Source: an uncultured Bdellovibrionales bacterium
GTDB lineage: Bacteria > Patescibacteriota > Minisyncoccia > Moranbacterales > UBA1568
DNA: 64,000 nt
NCBI GenBank assembly: GCA_964444815.1
Contig: CAYUIR010000001.1
Location: 4,520-68,519, forward strand
Direction: 5' to 3'
Shown one piece after another: positions 48,451 to 58,838 of the stretch. Every line of letters starts with the position of its first letter. Position 1 is the stretch's first letter. The notes under the pieces are model-generated. The model was not told where the DNA came from. It saw only the letters and a list, made by a program, of their open reading frames with translations, and did no database searches. The position numbers and the translations under genes were made by a program.

Positions 48451-49398
48451 ATGCGTATGAACGAAAATACTCCTTATCTCTCGGTTGTTGTTCCTCTCTA
48501 CAATGAAGAGGGGAATGTGACGGAACTCCATCGCAAGATTTATGAGGCGGTCCAAAAAATTGGTCGGCCCTTTGAAATTATCTTTGTGGATGATGGTTCC
48601 AAGGACGGGACGCTCGCAGAGGCCAAGAGACTCTCTCCACTCAAGCTCATTGCGTTCCGCAAAAACTTTGGTCAGACGGCCGCCTTTGATGCGGGCTTCA
48701 AGGAGGCCAAAGGTGAGATAATCATCACGCTTGATGGTGACCTCCAGAATGACCCAGCGGATATCCCACTTCTCCTCGAAAAAATGGCCGAAGGGTACGA
48801 CGTTGTTTCCGGATGGCGTCATAAGCGTCAGGATCCATGGAGCAAAAAAATTCCTTCTCGCATTGCGAACGCGCTCCGCAAGGTGCTTATCCAAGACAAT
48901 ATCCATGACTCCGGGTGTAGCCTCAAGGCTTACAAACGGGAGTGTTTTAAGGACGTCGATCTCTTTGGTGAGATGCATCGCTTTATACCAGCCATTCTCG
49001 AGCTTGAAGGGTACAAGGTAGGCGAGGTCAAGGTATCACATCATCCCCGTGTCCACGGTGTGACCAAGTACAACTGGAAGCGTGGCTTCAAGGGCTTTGT
49101 TGATATGGTATCTATCTGGTTTTGGCGCAAGTACTCGCATCGACCGCTCCACCTTTTTGGAGCAACGGGCGTCGTTTTGTCAAGTCTCGGCGTAGCTATC
49201 CTCATCTGGATGCTCGTCGAAAAGCTCTACTTTGGGGCGTCACTTTCTGAGCGTATTTGGCCACTCATTGGTATCTTCTTTACCCTGGTCGGAGTACAGT
49301 TGTTTATTTCCGGGCTCCTTGCTGACATCTCAGTTCGCAACTACTACCAGGTGCGACATCGGATGAACTACAATGTGCGAGAAGTGCTTGAACAGTAG
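48451..49398 (+). CDS. GT2, ArnC/GtrB-like undecaprenyl-phosphate glycosyltransferase with C-terminal TMs
   Basis: PLYNEE, NFGQTAA, LDGDLQNDP, DSGCSLKAY, GEMHRFIP. Confidence 0.92.
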   Translation: MRMNENTPYLSVVVPLYNEEGNVTELHRKIYEAVQKIGRPFEIIFVDDGSKDGTLAEAKRLSPLKLIAFRKNFGQTAAFDAGFKEAKGEIIITLDGDLQNDPADIPLLLEKMAEGYDVVSGWRHKRQDPWSKKIPSRIANALRKVLIQDNIHDSGCSLKAYKRECFKDVDLFGEMHRFIPAILELEGYKVGEVKVSHHPRVHGVTKYNWKRGFKGFVDMVSIWFWRKYSHRPLHLFGATGVVLSSLGVAILIWMLVEKLYFGASLSERIWPLIGIFFTLVGVQLFISGLLADISVRNYYQVRHRMNYNVREVLEQ

Positions 49399-49420
49399 GT
49401 AAATCTCTAAAATTTCCGCT

Positions 49421-50731
49421 ATGAAGGTAACATTTTTGGGCACGGGATATGTAGGATTGGTTTCGGGGGCATGTTTGGCCGAGATTGGGCATGAGGTTAT
49501 CTGTGCTGATATCGACAAGAAGAAGATAGCTATGCTGAAGAAAGGCATTATTCCTATCTACGAAATTGGCCTCGAAGAAATTGTGGATCGGAATGTCAAA
49601 GAGGGTAGACTCACCTTTACTACCGATCTCAAGAAAGCGATCCAGGAGTCCGAAGTAGTTTTTATGGCGGTAGGGACCCCAGAAGACAAGGTGACTGGTC
49701 AAGCCGACCTCCAGTATGTGTTTGCGGTGGCGGAGACTTTTGGTAAGCATTTGAATGGCTATAAGCTCTTTGTCGACAAATCAACGGTGCCAGTTGGTAC
49801 CGCTGAAAGAGTAGAAGAAATCATCAAAAAAGCCTCAAAAGGGAAGCATCCATTTGAGGTCGTTTCCAACCCAGAATTTCTCCGTGAAGGAGCCGCGGTC
49901 AAGGACTTTCAGAACCCGGATCGAGTGGTGCTCGGAGTGAAGTCCGACAAAGCACGGAAGATGATGGAACAGATCTACCGTCCGATTGCGAGAAATGGTC
50001 GCCCGATTCTCTTCACGGATGTGCGGAGTGCCGAGATTATCAAGTACGCTGCCAACGCCTTTTTGGCCATGAAAATTACGTTTATCAATGAGGTAGCCAA
50101 CTTCTGTGATGTGGCTGGTGGGAATGTCAAAGAAGTGGCCAAGGGTCTCGGCTATGACAATCGTATCGGAGAGCGCTTCCTCTACGCTGGTATCGGCTAT
50201 GGTGGATCCTGCTTCCCGAAGGACGTGAAGGCGTTTATTGAGACGGGGCGTGAATACAACTCTCACTTTCATATCATCGAAACTGTGAGTGAAGTGAACC
50301 AGGCGCAGCGCATTAAGCCTTTCATAAAATTGAAGGAAGTACTTGGTGACAAACTTAAGGGGAAGACCATCGCGGTCTGGGGATTGGCCTTTAAGCCACG
50401 TACTGATGATACTCGTGAGGCACCTGGCATCGAAAATATCAAGCTCTTTCTGGAGGAAGGCTGTAAAGTGAAGGCCTTTGATCCGGTAGCGATGCCGAAT
50501 ACCAAGAAGCAACTACAGCACAAGAACCTGACCTATACCAAAAAAGCCCTCGATGCTCTGAAGGGTGCGGATATTCTCGTTATTGCGACAGAGTGGGATG
50601 AGTTCCGAGTCGTGAGCTATGCCGATTTGAAGAGACTTATGAAGGGGACGACTATCTACGATGGTCGCAATGTGCTTGAGCGCTCTGAGGCTGAAGCCCA
50701 CGGTTTTACCTATTACGGTATCGGGGTGTAA
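49421..50731 (+). CDS. ugd: UDP-glucose 6-dehydrogenase
   Basis: GTGYVG, KSTVPVGT, NPEFLREG, KYAANAFLA, GYGGSCFPKD, GLAFKP.TDD.RE. Confidence 0.95.
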   Translation: MKVTFLGTGYVGLVSGACLAEIGHEVICADIDKKKIAMLKKGIIPIYEIGLEEIVDRNVKEGRLTFTTDLKKAIQESEVVFMAVGTPEDKVTGQADLQYVFAVAETFGKHLNGYKLFVDKSTVPVGTAERVEEIIKKASKGKHPFEVVSNPEFLREGAAVKDFQNPDRVVLGVKSDKARKMMEQIYRPIARNGRPILFTDVRSAEIIKYAANAFLAMKITFINEVANFCDVAGGNVKEVAKGLGYDNRIGERFLYAGIGYGGSCFPKDVKAFIETGREYNSHFHIIETVSEVNQAQRIKPFIKLKEVLGDKLKGKTIAVWGLAFKPRTDDTREAPGIENIKLFLEEGCKVKAFDPVAMPNTKKQLQHKNLTYTKKALDALKGADILVIATEWDEFRVVSYADLKRLMKGTTIYDGRNVLERSEAEAHGFTYYGIGV

Positions 50732-50734
50732 AGT

Positions 50735-51895
50735 ATGAAAATTCTGTTTCTCAACTACGAGTATCCGCCGCTTGGGGGTGGGGCGGCCAATGCCACTGCT
50801 TGTATTCTCGAAGAATGGGTAACCGACGAGACACTCGAGGTGCATCTCGTGACTTCAAGTACGGGGAGCACGCTCGAGAAGACTACGCCTGGTGGTAGGG
50901 TGCACATTCATCGCTTGCCTATCGGCAAGAATGCCCACAATCTGCACCATCAGTCCATCAAAGACCTCCTCATGTATAGCCTGCGGGGCTGGTGGTATGC
51001 CCGTCGCCTCATCCGTGACCAAGCGGTGCCGTTTGATGCTACGCTTGCCTTTTTTGGGGTGCCCTGTGGCTTCATGGCGCTTCTTCTCCGATTCGAATTT
51101 GGTCTACCGTATATCGTAGCGCTCCGAGGATCAGATGTCCCCGGGTATAGCCTCAAGTATAATTGGCTTTATCCACTCATCCGTCCTATCATCCGGGTGA
51201 TTTGGTCACGAGCCATGGCAGTAGTCCCGAATAGCGTCGGACTCGCCGAGCTCGCCAGGCAAACAGCTCCCAAACAATCGTTTACCATTATCGAAAATGG
51301 AGTCGATATCAGACGCTTTGTGCCCGACACGAGTAAGCGTAGCCCCGATCAGTTTATCATCACTCCTGGAGCATCGCGTGTGACTGAACGAAAGGGACTC
51401 AATTTCCTCATTGAAGCGGTGGCACTCCTCACACCGAAGTATCCAACACTTCGTCTCAAGGTGATGGGTGATGGGAGTGCGCGACCAGCTCTCGAAGCAC
51501 TCGTGAAAGAGCGGGGTCTTGAAGGAAAGGTTGTCTTCTTGGGGCGTATCCCTCGCGAAGAGACCTCTGCCTACTATCAAGAAGCCTCGCTCTTTGTGCT
51601 CCCATCGCTCAATGAGGGGATGTCGAACGCTATGCTTGAAGCACTCGCTACGGGCCTCCCAATTATCGCGACACCAACTGGTGGCACGGCCGAGCTCGTG
51701 ACTGAGGGCAAGAATGGTACTGTGGTACCCGAGCAGTCCGTGACGGCGCTCGTCCAGGCTATTGAACCGTTTCTCCAGAGTCCTGAGCTCGTGACCGCGT
51801 ATGGGGCAGAAAGTCGCAAGCGGGCCGAAGCCCAAGGTTGGGATATCGTGGCGCACCGTTTTAAGCAAGCATTGGAATCAACGACCCCCTCGTAA
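50735..51895 (+). CDS. Glycosyltransferase family 4
   Basis: NYEYPPLGGG, LRGSDVPG, EGMSNAMLEALATG. Confidence 0.92.
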   Translation: MKILFLNYEYPPLGGGAANATACILEEWVTDETLEVHLVTSSTGSTLEKTTPGGRVHIHRLPIGKNAHNLHHQSIKDLLMYSLRGWWYARRLIRDQAVPFDATLAFFGVPCGFMALLLRFEFGLPYIVALRGSDVPGYSLKYNWLYPLIRPIIRVIWSRAMAVVPNSVGLAELARQTAPKQSFTIIENGVDIRRFVPDTSKRSPDQFIITPGASRVTERKGLNFLIEAVALLTPKYPTLRLKVMGDGSARPALEALVKERGLEGKVVFLGRIPREETSAYYQEASLFVLPSLNEGMSNAMLEALATGLPIIATPTGGTAELVTEGKNGTVVPEQSVTALVQAIEPFLQSPELVTAYGAESRKRAEAQGWDIVAHRFKQALESTTPS

Positions 51896-51901
51896 TACGC
51901 T

Positions 51902-52837
51902 ATGAATAAGAACCTCCTAACGCTCGGGAAAGTGGCAGTGACGCTTGGGCTGGTCTACTGGCTTATTGTGCGGGTGGACTGGGTGGGGGTGCGCCATGAG
52001 CTCTCGGAAGTGTCCTACATGCTTCTTTTCCTCTACGTGGTGTTCCAGCTCACGGGGAACGTCATCTCGGCCCGTAAGTGGCAAATTATCGCTTCCTACA
52101 AGGAGCTCCATTTTAGTCTCAAGGAGGGATTCTTTACCTATCTCACCGGGGCTTTTATCAACAACTTTCTGCCATCAACCATCGGGGGCGATGCCTATCG
52201 GGGACTATGGCTCGCCAAGCGCTCCGGGGCGCGAGCGGCCGCGCTGTCGACGGTCGTGTTTGACCGATTTATTGGTCTCTGGACCACAGCCCTGTTGGCG
52301 CTCGTCTTTAGTTTTGTCCTCTGGTCGCATATCGCGACCAGTCTCCCGCTCCTCGTCACTCTCGTTGCACTCCTCGGGTTCTTGGTCGTAGATCTCGTGG
52401 TGACTTACCTCTACTGTCAGAGCTGGTTCCAGGGGTATGTGGCGCGGATTCCTTTCTTCAAACTGCGACGCTTTCTTGAGGAGATTATTTTTTATACCCA
52501 AAAGCACCTCTGGCTCCGGACCAGTCTCTGGTCGAGTCTCTTTGTCTTTGTGGGTCTCGGACTGTCGAACTACACGCTTTTTCATGCGCTCGGAAGCGAG
52601 ATCGCGTTTCTGCCGTTTTTTTCGGCTATCCTCCTTGTGGCGATCGTGTCCAATATCCCAATTTCTATCAACAACATCGGCATCAAGGAATGGGCTTATG
52701 TCACTTTTTTTGGTCTCATCGGAGTCTCTATCGAAACAGCCGTGACGGCAGCTCTCCTCTCCCGCTTTATCCAGATGTTTCTCTCGTTCATCGCTTTACC
52801 GCAGTACCTGAGTACCAGGAGGAACGAAGAAGAGTAA
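51902..52837 (+). CDS. Lysylphosphatidylglycerol-synthase TM-domain / UPF0104 flippase-like protein
   Basis: RKW, NNFLPSTIGGDAYR, DRFIGL, PISINNIGIKE. Confidence 0.88.
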   Translation: MNKNLLTLGKVAVTLGLVYWLIVRVDWVGVRHELSEVSYMLLFLYVVFQLTGNVISARKWQIIASYKELHFSLKEGFFTYLTGAFINNFLPSTIGGDAYRGLWLAKRSGARAAALSTVVFDRFIGLWTTALLALVFSFVLWSHIATSLPLLVTLVALLGFLVVDLVVTYLYCQSWFQGYVARIPFFKLRRFLEEIIFYTQKHLWLRTSLWSSLFVFVGLGLSNYTLFHALGSEIAFLPFFSAILLVAIVSNIPISINNIGIKEWAYVTFFGLIGVSIETAVTAALLSRFIQMFLSFIALPQYLSTRRNEEE

Positions 52838-52847
52838 TATGTGGTAC

Positions 52848-52880
52848 AAAAAAGCAGACCGCCGGGTCTGCTTTCCTTTG
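52848..52880. terminator. Bidirectional terminator
   Basis: AAAGCAGACC GCCG GGTCTGCTTT between convergent genes. Confidence 0.78.
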
Positions 52881-52882
52881 TT

Positions 52883-55162
52883 TTAGTACGTTTCTTTGGG
52901 GTCAAAGGAGAAGACTTTGACGTAGTGCGAGGGTCGCTCGTTGATATTGATTTCGTAGACCGGGTTCTCACGGTCATAGTAGCGATCGAAGCGGATGATG
53001 CCCGGCTTGTTATTGGCGATGTCGCCTCCCATCATCTTGCCAGTGCGACTCTGGCGTCCGGCAGAAACGACGATGTAGTCGAGTCCACGCTCACGGAGGG
53101 TGAGGTAACTCTGACTGCTGGAGCAGCGTCCGACAAAGAATTTGCAGACCCCATCCTTGTCTGTCCAGACGAGCATGTCTTCGGCACCGGGGAGGGTGTT
53201 TAAGTAGGCAGCTGCCTCATAGCTCCCGGCGCCCATATCTTTGACATCAGTGTGGTAGCGCGCCGGGAGAAACGAAGAGGCGTAGGAGAGAGGGAAGGGC
53301 GTCGTGATGAGGGTGAGTGTACCGAGTACCACGAGGATGAGCGCGGTGCCCACAGGAGTCGGGGCGTTCCTCAGTTTGAAATAGTGGTGGCCATGGGCGA
53401 GGAGGTACTCGATCGTGATACCGGCGATGATCGCGGCGAGGGGGAAGAGAATAATCTGGTAGCGGACAATCGCGGCCACGTTATTTACTGTGGTGCCGAG
53501 GTAGTAGAGGAGGATAAAGATAATGAGGTAAAACGAGGTGCGGAGAGCATCGGATTCGCTCCAGTGTTTGCGGAAGAAGAGGAGTGGCGTGAGGAAGAGT
53601 GCCACAAAGACAATCGGCGCAACACCAAAGATAAATGGATAGAAGTTGGTGAGAAAGATGCCGATGAAGTCGCTCTGACCGGCGATGGTTTTGGGGGAAG
53701 AGAGGAGCTCAGAAAACGAGTAGAGGGGCATCCCTGACCAGGTGTTGCCGACGGTGAAGAGGAGAGCGAGGAGAAAGACGCCACCAATGAACCAGGCGAG
53801 GTACTGCTTGCCTCGGGCGAGAACCGAGAGGATGCCTGTGGTGAGGCGAGAGCGGTTCCACCATTGGTCAAGGAGAATGACGAGGAGGATGATACCAAAG
53901 AGCGGGGCGACTTTCTCAAAGGCCTGACTCAAGAGCGTGGAGGTAACGACCTTGTAGGGCTTGATCCATACCGCTGGAAAGAGGAGATAAAACGTGGTGA
54001 GCGCTGCAAAAGCGAGGAGGGCGAGATGCTTGAGAGAACGTTTGAGGTAGAGGGCAAAGGGGACGAGAGCGTACTTCGCGTGATAGAGGTACTCGAGAAA
54101 AATGAGACCAAGGAAGAAAACAAAGAGGATGTTTGAGACATACTTGGTGAGGAGAGCGAGACCGAGGAAGATGCCAGCAAAGATGAGATAGCGGTACGAA
54201 CCACGTTTTTGAAACACCAAGTAGGAGAGGAGAGAGAGCGGGGTAAAGAGCCAGAGGAGAGCGTCCGGATTGATGATTTTTGACATGCCGATCAAGATCG
54301 GGGAGGTAGCGATGAGGACATAGGAGAGGAGAGCGCTCCGCCTCCCGAGGAGTCGCTCGAGAAAAAAGTAAAAGAGTGGGAGAAGGAGCGTGATCACGAT
54401 GAGGAGCGGGAGACGATAAGCGAGATAAAAACTCTCGACGTCGTTCTTGAGACTGATGACTTCACCACCGACGTGGGCGGTTTTGTAGTCTTTGGTACCC
54501 TTAAACCAGAGTGCCGGTCCGGTAGCGAGGGCGACGGTGATACCGGGCTTGTCGCTAATATTGGTACCCTTCCAATCACGCTCCCCGATATTTTTCCAGT
54601 ATCGGGCGATGCGACCATCAAACCAGAGTGGTTCATCGACGGCAGCGAACTCGGTCAGACGATACATGCCGGTCGAAAAGAAAAGACCGGTAGCAAAGAG
54701 AACAACGAGAAGAGTAGGAAGCCCTTGGGCGCGCCACCAAGCTCGAGGTGTGAGCGCGTCACGATCTAGTTCCCGCTCGGCGCGTTCCCGACTGATAAAA
54801 ATAGCTGAAATGAGTATACCAGCCAAGATGACATAGAGACCGAGACCGATAAGGAAGATATAGTGAAAATTTTTGGATTCGGAGAGACCATAGGCCAAAA
54901 TAGTGGCACTAGGGAGCCACATGAGGAGGAGAGTAGTGCCAGTTTTTTCCGAAAAGAGTACCTCGCTGAAATACGCCACCGCGCCCAGGGAAAGAATGCC
55001 GAAAATAAGAAAGCCGATGTAAAATGGGGTGTTGGTTGTGCCAAAATCAAGGAGGGTCAGAAATTTGGTCTGAGGAGCAATAAAGAAGAGAGTGACGAGT
55101 GCTCCTAAAACTGTCAGTGCGGAGTAGAAGCGCTCCGCTTGACCCTCAAAAAATGTGCGCAT
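52883..55162 (-). CDS. GT-C (PMT/ArnT-like) membrane glycosyltransferase
   Basis: VDEPLW, DKPG, NPDA, LALLTKY, RYQI. Confidence 0.82.
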   Translation of the reverse strand: MRTFFEGQAERFYSALTVLGALVTLFFIAPQTKFLTLLDFGTTNTPFYIGFLIFGILSLGAVAYFSEVLFSEKTGTTLLLMWLPSATILAYGLSESKNFHYIFLIGLGLYVILAGILISAIFISRERAERELDRDALTPRAWWRAQGLPTLLVVLFATGLFFSTGMYRLTEFAAVDEPLWFDGRIARYWKNIGERDWKGTNISDKPGITVALATGPALWFKGTKDYKTAHVGGEVISLKNDVESFYLAYRLPLLIVITLLLPLFYFFLERLLGRRSALLSYVLIATSPILIGMSKIINPDALLWLFTPLSLLSYLVFQKRGSYRYLIFAGIFLGLALLTKYVSNILFVFFLGLIFLEYLYHAKYALVPFALYLKRSLKHLALLAFAALTTFYLLFPAVWIKPYKVVTSTLLSQAFEKVAPLFGIILLVILLDQWWNRSRLTTGILSVLARGKQYLAWFIGGVFLLALLFTVGNTWSGMPLYSFSELLSSPKTIAGQSDFIGIFLTNFYPFIFGVAPIVFVALFLTPLLFFRKHWSESDALRTSFYLIIFILLYYLGTTVNNVAAIVRYQIILFPLAAIIAGITIEYLLAHGHHYFKLRNAPTPVGTALILVVLGTLTLITTPFPLSYASSFLPARYHTDVKDMGAGSYEAAAYLNTLPGAEDMLVWTDKDGVCKFFVGRCSSSQSYLTLRERGLDYIVVSAGRQSRTGKMMGGDIANNKPGIIRFDRYYDRENPVYEININERPSHYVKVFSFDPKETY

Positions 55163-55245
55163 AGCGATGTTGCGAGACAGTTAAAAATATCGTAGAATAA
55201 AGGAAAGTTTACCCTCATCCTAGCGTAAAAAGTGAAAAAAAGGAA

Positions 55246-57042
55246 GTGTCTTCCCATCTCTCTCACAAGCGTGTCATTTTGCTTCTCCTCGTCATTATCG
55301 GCTTGGGATTTTTTCTCCGTGCGTATCACTTTTCCCCCTGGCTCCATTTTGAGCTCGATCAGGCGAGGGATGCACGCATCGTCGATGACGGGCTCCGAGG
55401 TGACTTCTTGGATCTGCCGCTTCTCGGTCCCAAGGCAGGAGGGACATCGCTACGGCTTCCTCCAGCGTTTTATTATCTGGAGTATGTGAGCGCCAGAGTC
55501 TTTGGCGGTACGCCGGCGGGGATAGCGACCCTTGGTATGCTCCTCTCGGTCGCGAGTATCGCGGTCTTTTTTCTCCTGTTACGCCGGTACTTTCCGGTAG
55601 GCATGAGTCTCGGACTGACGCTCCTCTTTGCCGTCTCGGAGTTTTTTGTCATGTATGGCCGTTTCGCCTGGAATCCCAACCTCATACCATTTTTTGTGCT
55701 CCTCGGTACGTACGCGCTCCTCCGAGCGGTTGATCATGAGACGTCACACCGGGGCAGATGGTTCGTCCTCTCGAGTGCGAGTATCGCGCTTGCCATGCAG
55801 TTTCACTTTTTGGCCTTTGTCTCATTACCAGTTATTGTTGGCCTCTTTCTTCTCATACGACGACCACACTTTTCACTCCGAGCTTGGGTAGGAGCGATCC
55901 TCGTGGCTCTTTTCCTCTTCTTTCCGATGTTTTTGAATGAATGGGAGACCAGTTTCGCCAATAGTCGAGCCTTTGTCTCAGCTGTGACCGAAAAGTCGAC
56001 CAAGAAAGATTATTCCTTGGCGGAGAAGGGCATCAAGGTATTTTCGGAGCATGCGCTCTACGGTCTCGTCGTGACGACGGGCTTTGAACGGGCGACCTTT
56101 CCCAAGATTGTGCTCGGGACTGATGAAGGGGAAGTGATCGGATGGGCTTGTGATGCTCGCTGTGACGCTGGCAAGTGGTATGGGGTTCTCTCGGTCGTTG
56201 TCCTTGGGCTCATGGTCCTGTCACTTGTGGTCCTCTGGTATCGTGAGACAATACAGAAGCACCGAGATTTCCTCCTCTTCGGGGCTCTCTGGTTTGGGGT
56301 GACGCTCCTTGTGTTTACGCCACTCGCCTATGATATGGTCCCGCGATTTTTCCTTCTCTCGGGCCCACTCTTCTTGGTGTTTCTAGGACTCCTCTTTGTC
56401 CTCTTGGGGCAGTGGTGTCATCGCAAACGACTCGTAATGAGCCTCTTTCTTGTGGTGATGGCATTCCTTGCCGTGAGTAATCTGGTGTCGCTCGCGGAGC
56501 GCTTTCAGGAGCTGTCGCTCGCGAGTACGATGGCAGTGGACAGTCCACCGGATCGCATCTTGAAGGAGCGGATCCGTGTGACTCTCGAACAACAGTATCA
56601 AATCATCGGTTTCCTCCAAAGTCGTTCGGAAGAAACGGGGTATCCGGTCTATATGTGGAGTGAGCCTCAGTACCGGCGGGCGCTCAAATACCTCTTGGAG
56701 CGGCAAGGGGTGCAAAATGCCGTACTCGGGATAGATGGTATCTACAAAGAAGGGGTGTACTATATGATTCTCCGCACCCAGTCTGATATCGAGGATGCAC
56801 TCAAGAAGTATCGAGCGAGTTATGATATTGGTACGACGACGTCCTTTGGGACGCTGGTCGCCATTGAGCTTTTCCCCAAACCTGAAGCCATACAAAAAGT
56901 GCGTCAGGATTTTTCGATTGTGAAGCCCAATGACTCGCAGGGCCTGCCGCGCTATACCTGGCGGGAATTCTTTGGGAGACAAGGGGCCTCATCAGCTGAA
57001 CCAGATGCTTCTGATGAAGAAAGTATCGATGGAGATAAATAA
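55246..57042 (+). CDS. GT-C (ArnT/GT39-like) membrane glycosyltransferase
   Basis: DQARD, LPLLGP, PAFYY, RFAWNPN, QFH; GTG start. Confidence 0.85.
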   Translation: MSSHLSHKRVILLLLVIIGLGFFLRAYHFSPWLHFELDQARDARIVDDGLRGDFLDLPLLGPKAGGTSLRLPPAFYYLEYVSARVFGGTPAGIATLGMLLSVASIAVFFLLLRRYFPVGMSLGLTLLFAVSEFFVMYGRFAWNPNLIPFFVLLGTYALLRAVDHETSHRGRWFVLSSASIALAMQFHFLAFVSLPVIVGLFLLIRRPHFSLRAWVGAILVALFLFFPMFLNEWETSFANSRAFVSAVTEKSTKKDYSLAEKGIKVFSEHALYGLVVTTGFERATFPKIVLGTDEGEVIGWACDARCDAGKWYGVLSVVVLGLMVLSLVVLWYRETIQKHRDFLLFGALWFGVTLLVFTPLAYDMVPRFFLLSGPLFLVFLGLLFVLLGQWCHRKRLVMSLFLVVMAFLAVSNLVSLAERFQELSLASTMAVDSPPDRILKERIRVTLEQQYQIIGFLQSRSEETGYPVYMWSEPQYRRALKYLLERQGVQNAVLGIDGIYKEGVYYMILRTQSDIEDALKKYRASYDIGTTTSFGTLVAIELFPKPEAIQKVRQDFSIVKPNDSQGLPRYTWREFFGRQGASSAEPDASDEESIDGDK

Positions 57043-57057
57043 TTTGAATAGCGTTCT

Positions 57058-58584
57058 ATGCGTATCACTTGGAAGCAAACATGGCAGTGGCTCCTCGTAA
57101 TCGTGGTCCTCGGGCTGGGCCTCCGGCTCTACGGTATCGGTACCAATTCGTTTGTCGCGGATGAGTTCCTCGATATCAACTCAAGCTACGGCTATTTCCA
57201 GACGGGTACATGGAAGGCCTGGGATTTCAACTTTGGCGTGCCGGCCGTGATGAATGAGAATGATGCTCGCGATGAGCGCGCTTTTGTCTACAAGTGGCAG
57301 GTCGCCACACTCTTTCAGTTTGTGTCACCGACAGAGGGCCATGCTCGCCTGGTGAGTGTCGCCTGGGGTGTCATCTCGATTCTCGCTATGTTTTGGGCGG
57401 GCTACTTTTACACCCGTAAGAAATCTATTGGTCTCATCGCTGCTATACTCTTTGCAGTCAGTATCTCAGCGATTATCTTTGATCGGCGCCTGCGCATGTA
57501 TGCTATGTTTTTTCCGGTGTACCTCGCTTTGGCTACGGTTCTCTTTGCGGTCTTTGAGCGTGAGTATCAGGGTAAGGTAGCGTGGCTACGGCGGGTGTGG
57601 GAGCGATATGGCCTCAATATCTCGTATGCACTACCACTCCTCGCTCTCGTGACCCTCGGCGCGCTCGTACACGGACTATCCCTCAGCGTGATACCGGTCT
57701 TTGGGGTGTATGCGCTCGTGATGATGGTCCGCACGTGGCGAAAGGGAGGGCGTCTCATGACCAAGTATGGCATAGTTGTACTCTTGGGAATCCTTGGTGC
57801 CATTGGTGCCATCTTGTTTGCACCACAGTTGGTGCGTCTGGCTCTCGGCAGTGTCGTCTTCTTTGACGACCACTACTCATACTTTGGCTATGTGCTCCGT
57901 GATTTCGCTCATCCGCTTTTGGGTGCTCTCATTATCCTCTACGGTATCCGGGTGGCCTGGAAGCGTCTCGGCTTGACGCGTGAGGCACTGTGGCTCGCGC
58001 TCTCTCTTTTGGTGCCTCTTGCTATGGCCGTATGGCTCTGGCGACGCAATGCTGGTCCGCAGTACATATTTTTTGTGCAGTCATTTGCGCTCCTCCTTGC
58101 TTCTATCGGGGTGTATGGCTTGGCCAAGCTCGTGAAAGAGCGCTTCTCTGAGTGGGGACAACGGGGTCTCTTGGGAGTATTCCTCCTTTCGATGCTCCTT
58201 CTACCGAACTGGGGCTATTTTCTCGAGGAAAACAATACCTACCATGAGACGTCATCGGGGGGCAATCCGAATTATCGAAAGGTGTTTGACTATGTCAAGA
58301 AAAATAAATCAAATGAGGATGTGATTATCACTCGGAATTTCCGGAACTACTATCTCTCTGGCGCCAAGATGCCGGTCTACGACTTTGGCGGGGAACTGTC
58401 TGAGAGCAAATTTTCACTGGTGGAACTCGAGACTATCGTAGGCAAGCACCCACATGGCTGGGTAGTCCTTTCGACCAATGACTATGACTATATCTCGCGG
58501 GACGCTGAGCTGTATATCAAAAAGCGCATGGAGCTTGTGAGTAATGCCCAGGTCCGTGGTGCCATCGAGGTCTACCGCTGGTAG
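57058..58584 (+). CDS. GT-C (ArnT/GT39-like) membrane glycosyltransferase
   Basis: LRLY..SFVADE, ARLVSV, RMYA. Confidence 0.85.
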   Translation: MRITWKQTWQWLLVIVVLGLGLRLYGIGTNSFVADEFLDINSSYGYFQTGTWKAWDFNFGVPAVMNENDARDERAFVYKWQVATLFQFVSPTEGHARLVSVAWGVISILAMFWAGYFYTRKKSIGLIAAILFAVSISAIIFDRRLRMYAMFFPVYLALATVLFAVFEREYQGKVAWLRRVWERYGLNISYALPLLALVTLGALVHGLSLSVIPVFGVYALVMMVRTWRKGGRLMTKYGIVVLLGILGAIGAILFAPQLVRLALGSVVFFDDHYSYFGYVLRDFAHPLLGALIILYGIRVAWKRLGLTREALWLALSLLVPLAMAVWLWRRNAGPQYIFFVQSFALLLASIGVYGLAKLVKERFSEWGQRGLLGVFLLSMLLLPNWGYFLEENNTYHETSSGGNPNYRKVFDYVKKNKSNEDVIITRNFRNYYLSGAKMPVYDFGGELSESKFSLVELETIVGKHPHGWVVLSTNDYDYISRDAELYIKKRMELVSNAQVRGAIEVYRW

Positions 58585-58598
58585 ACAGAGAAGGTGTG

Positions 58599-58784
58599 AG
58601 ATCCTGTACATTCTCTCATATCTTAAGAAAATGTTCAGATTTCGAGGGGAAGATCTTGAAAAGTGAGCGAGGGCTATATTCATAACCCGACGAGCTTTGA
58701 AAGATTTTACACCGAAATATGGACATTTTGTAAGATAAGCTCTTTTTGCTATTTCTATTGGCGTTGAGAGAATGTACAGGATCT
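58599..58784. mobile_element. MITE-like fold-back element with 20-bp perfect terminal inverted repeats
   Basis: AGATCCTGTACATTCTCTCA (58599-58618) / TGAGAGAATGTACAGGATCT (58765-58784); internal long imperfect stem 58619-58737; no clear target-site duplication. Confidence 0.65.
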
Positions 58785-58787
58785 AAG

Positions 58788-58825
58788 AAAAAAGCCCGGG
58801 GTCCTCGCGCGGAGGGCCTCGGGTT
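58788..58825 (-). terminator. Rho-independent terminator
   Basis: Minus strand CCCGAGGCCCTC-loop-GAGGACCCCGGG followed by CTTTTTT. Confidence 0.7.
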
Positions 58826-58838
58826 GTTCGTGTGCCAG

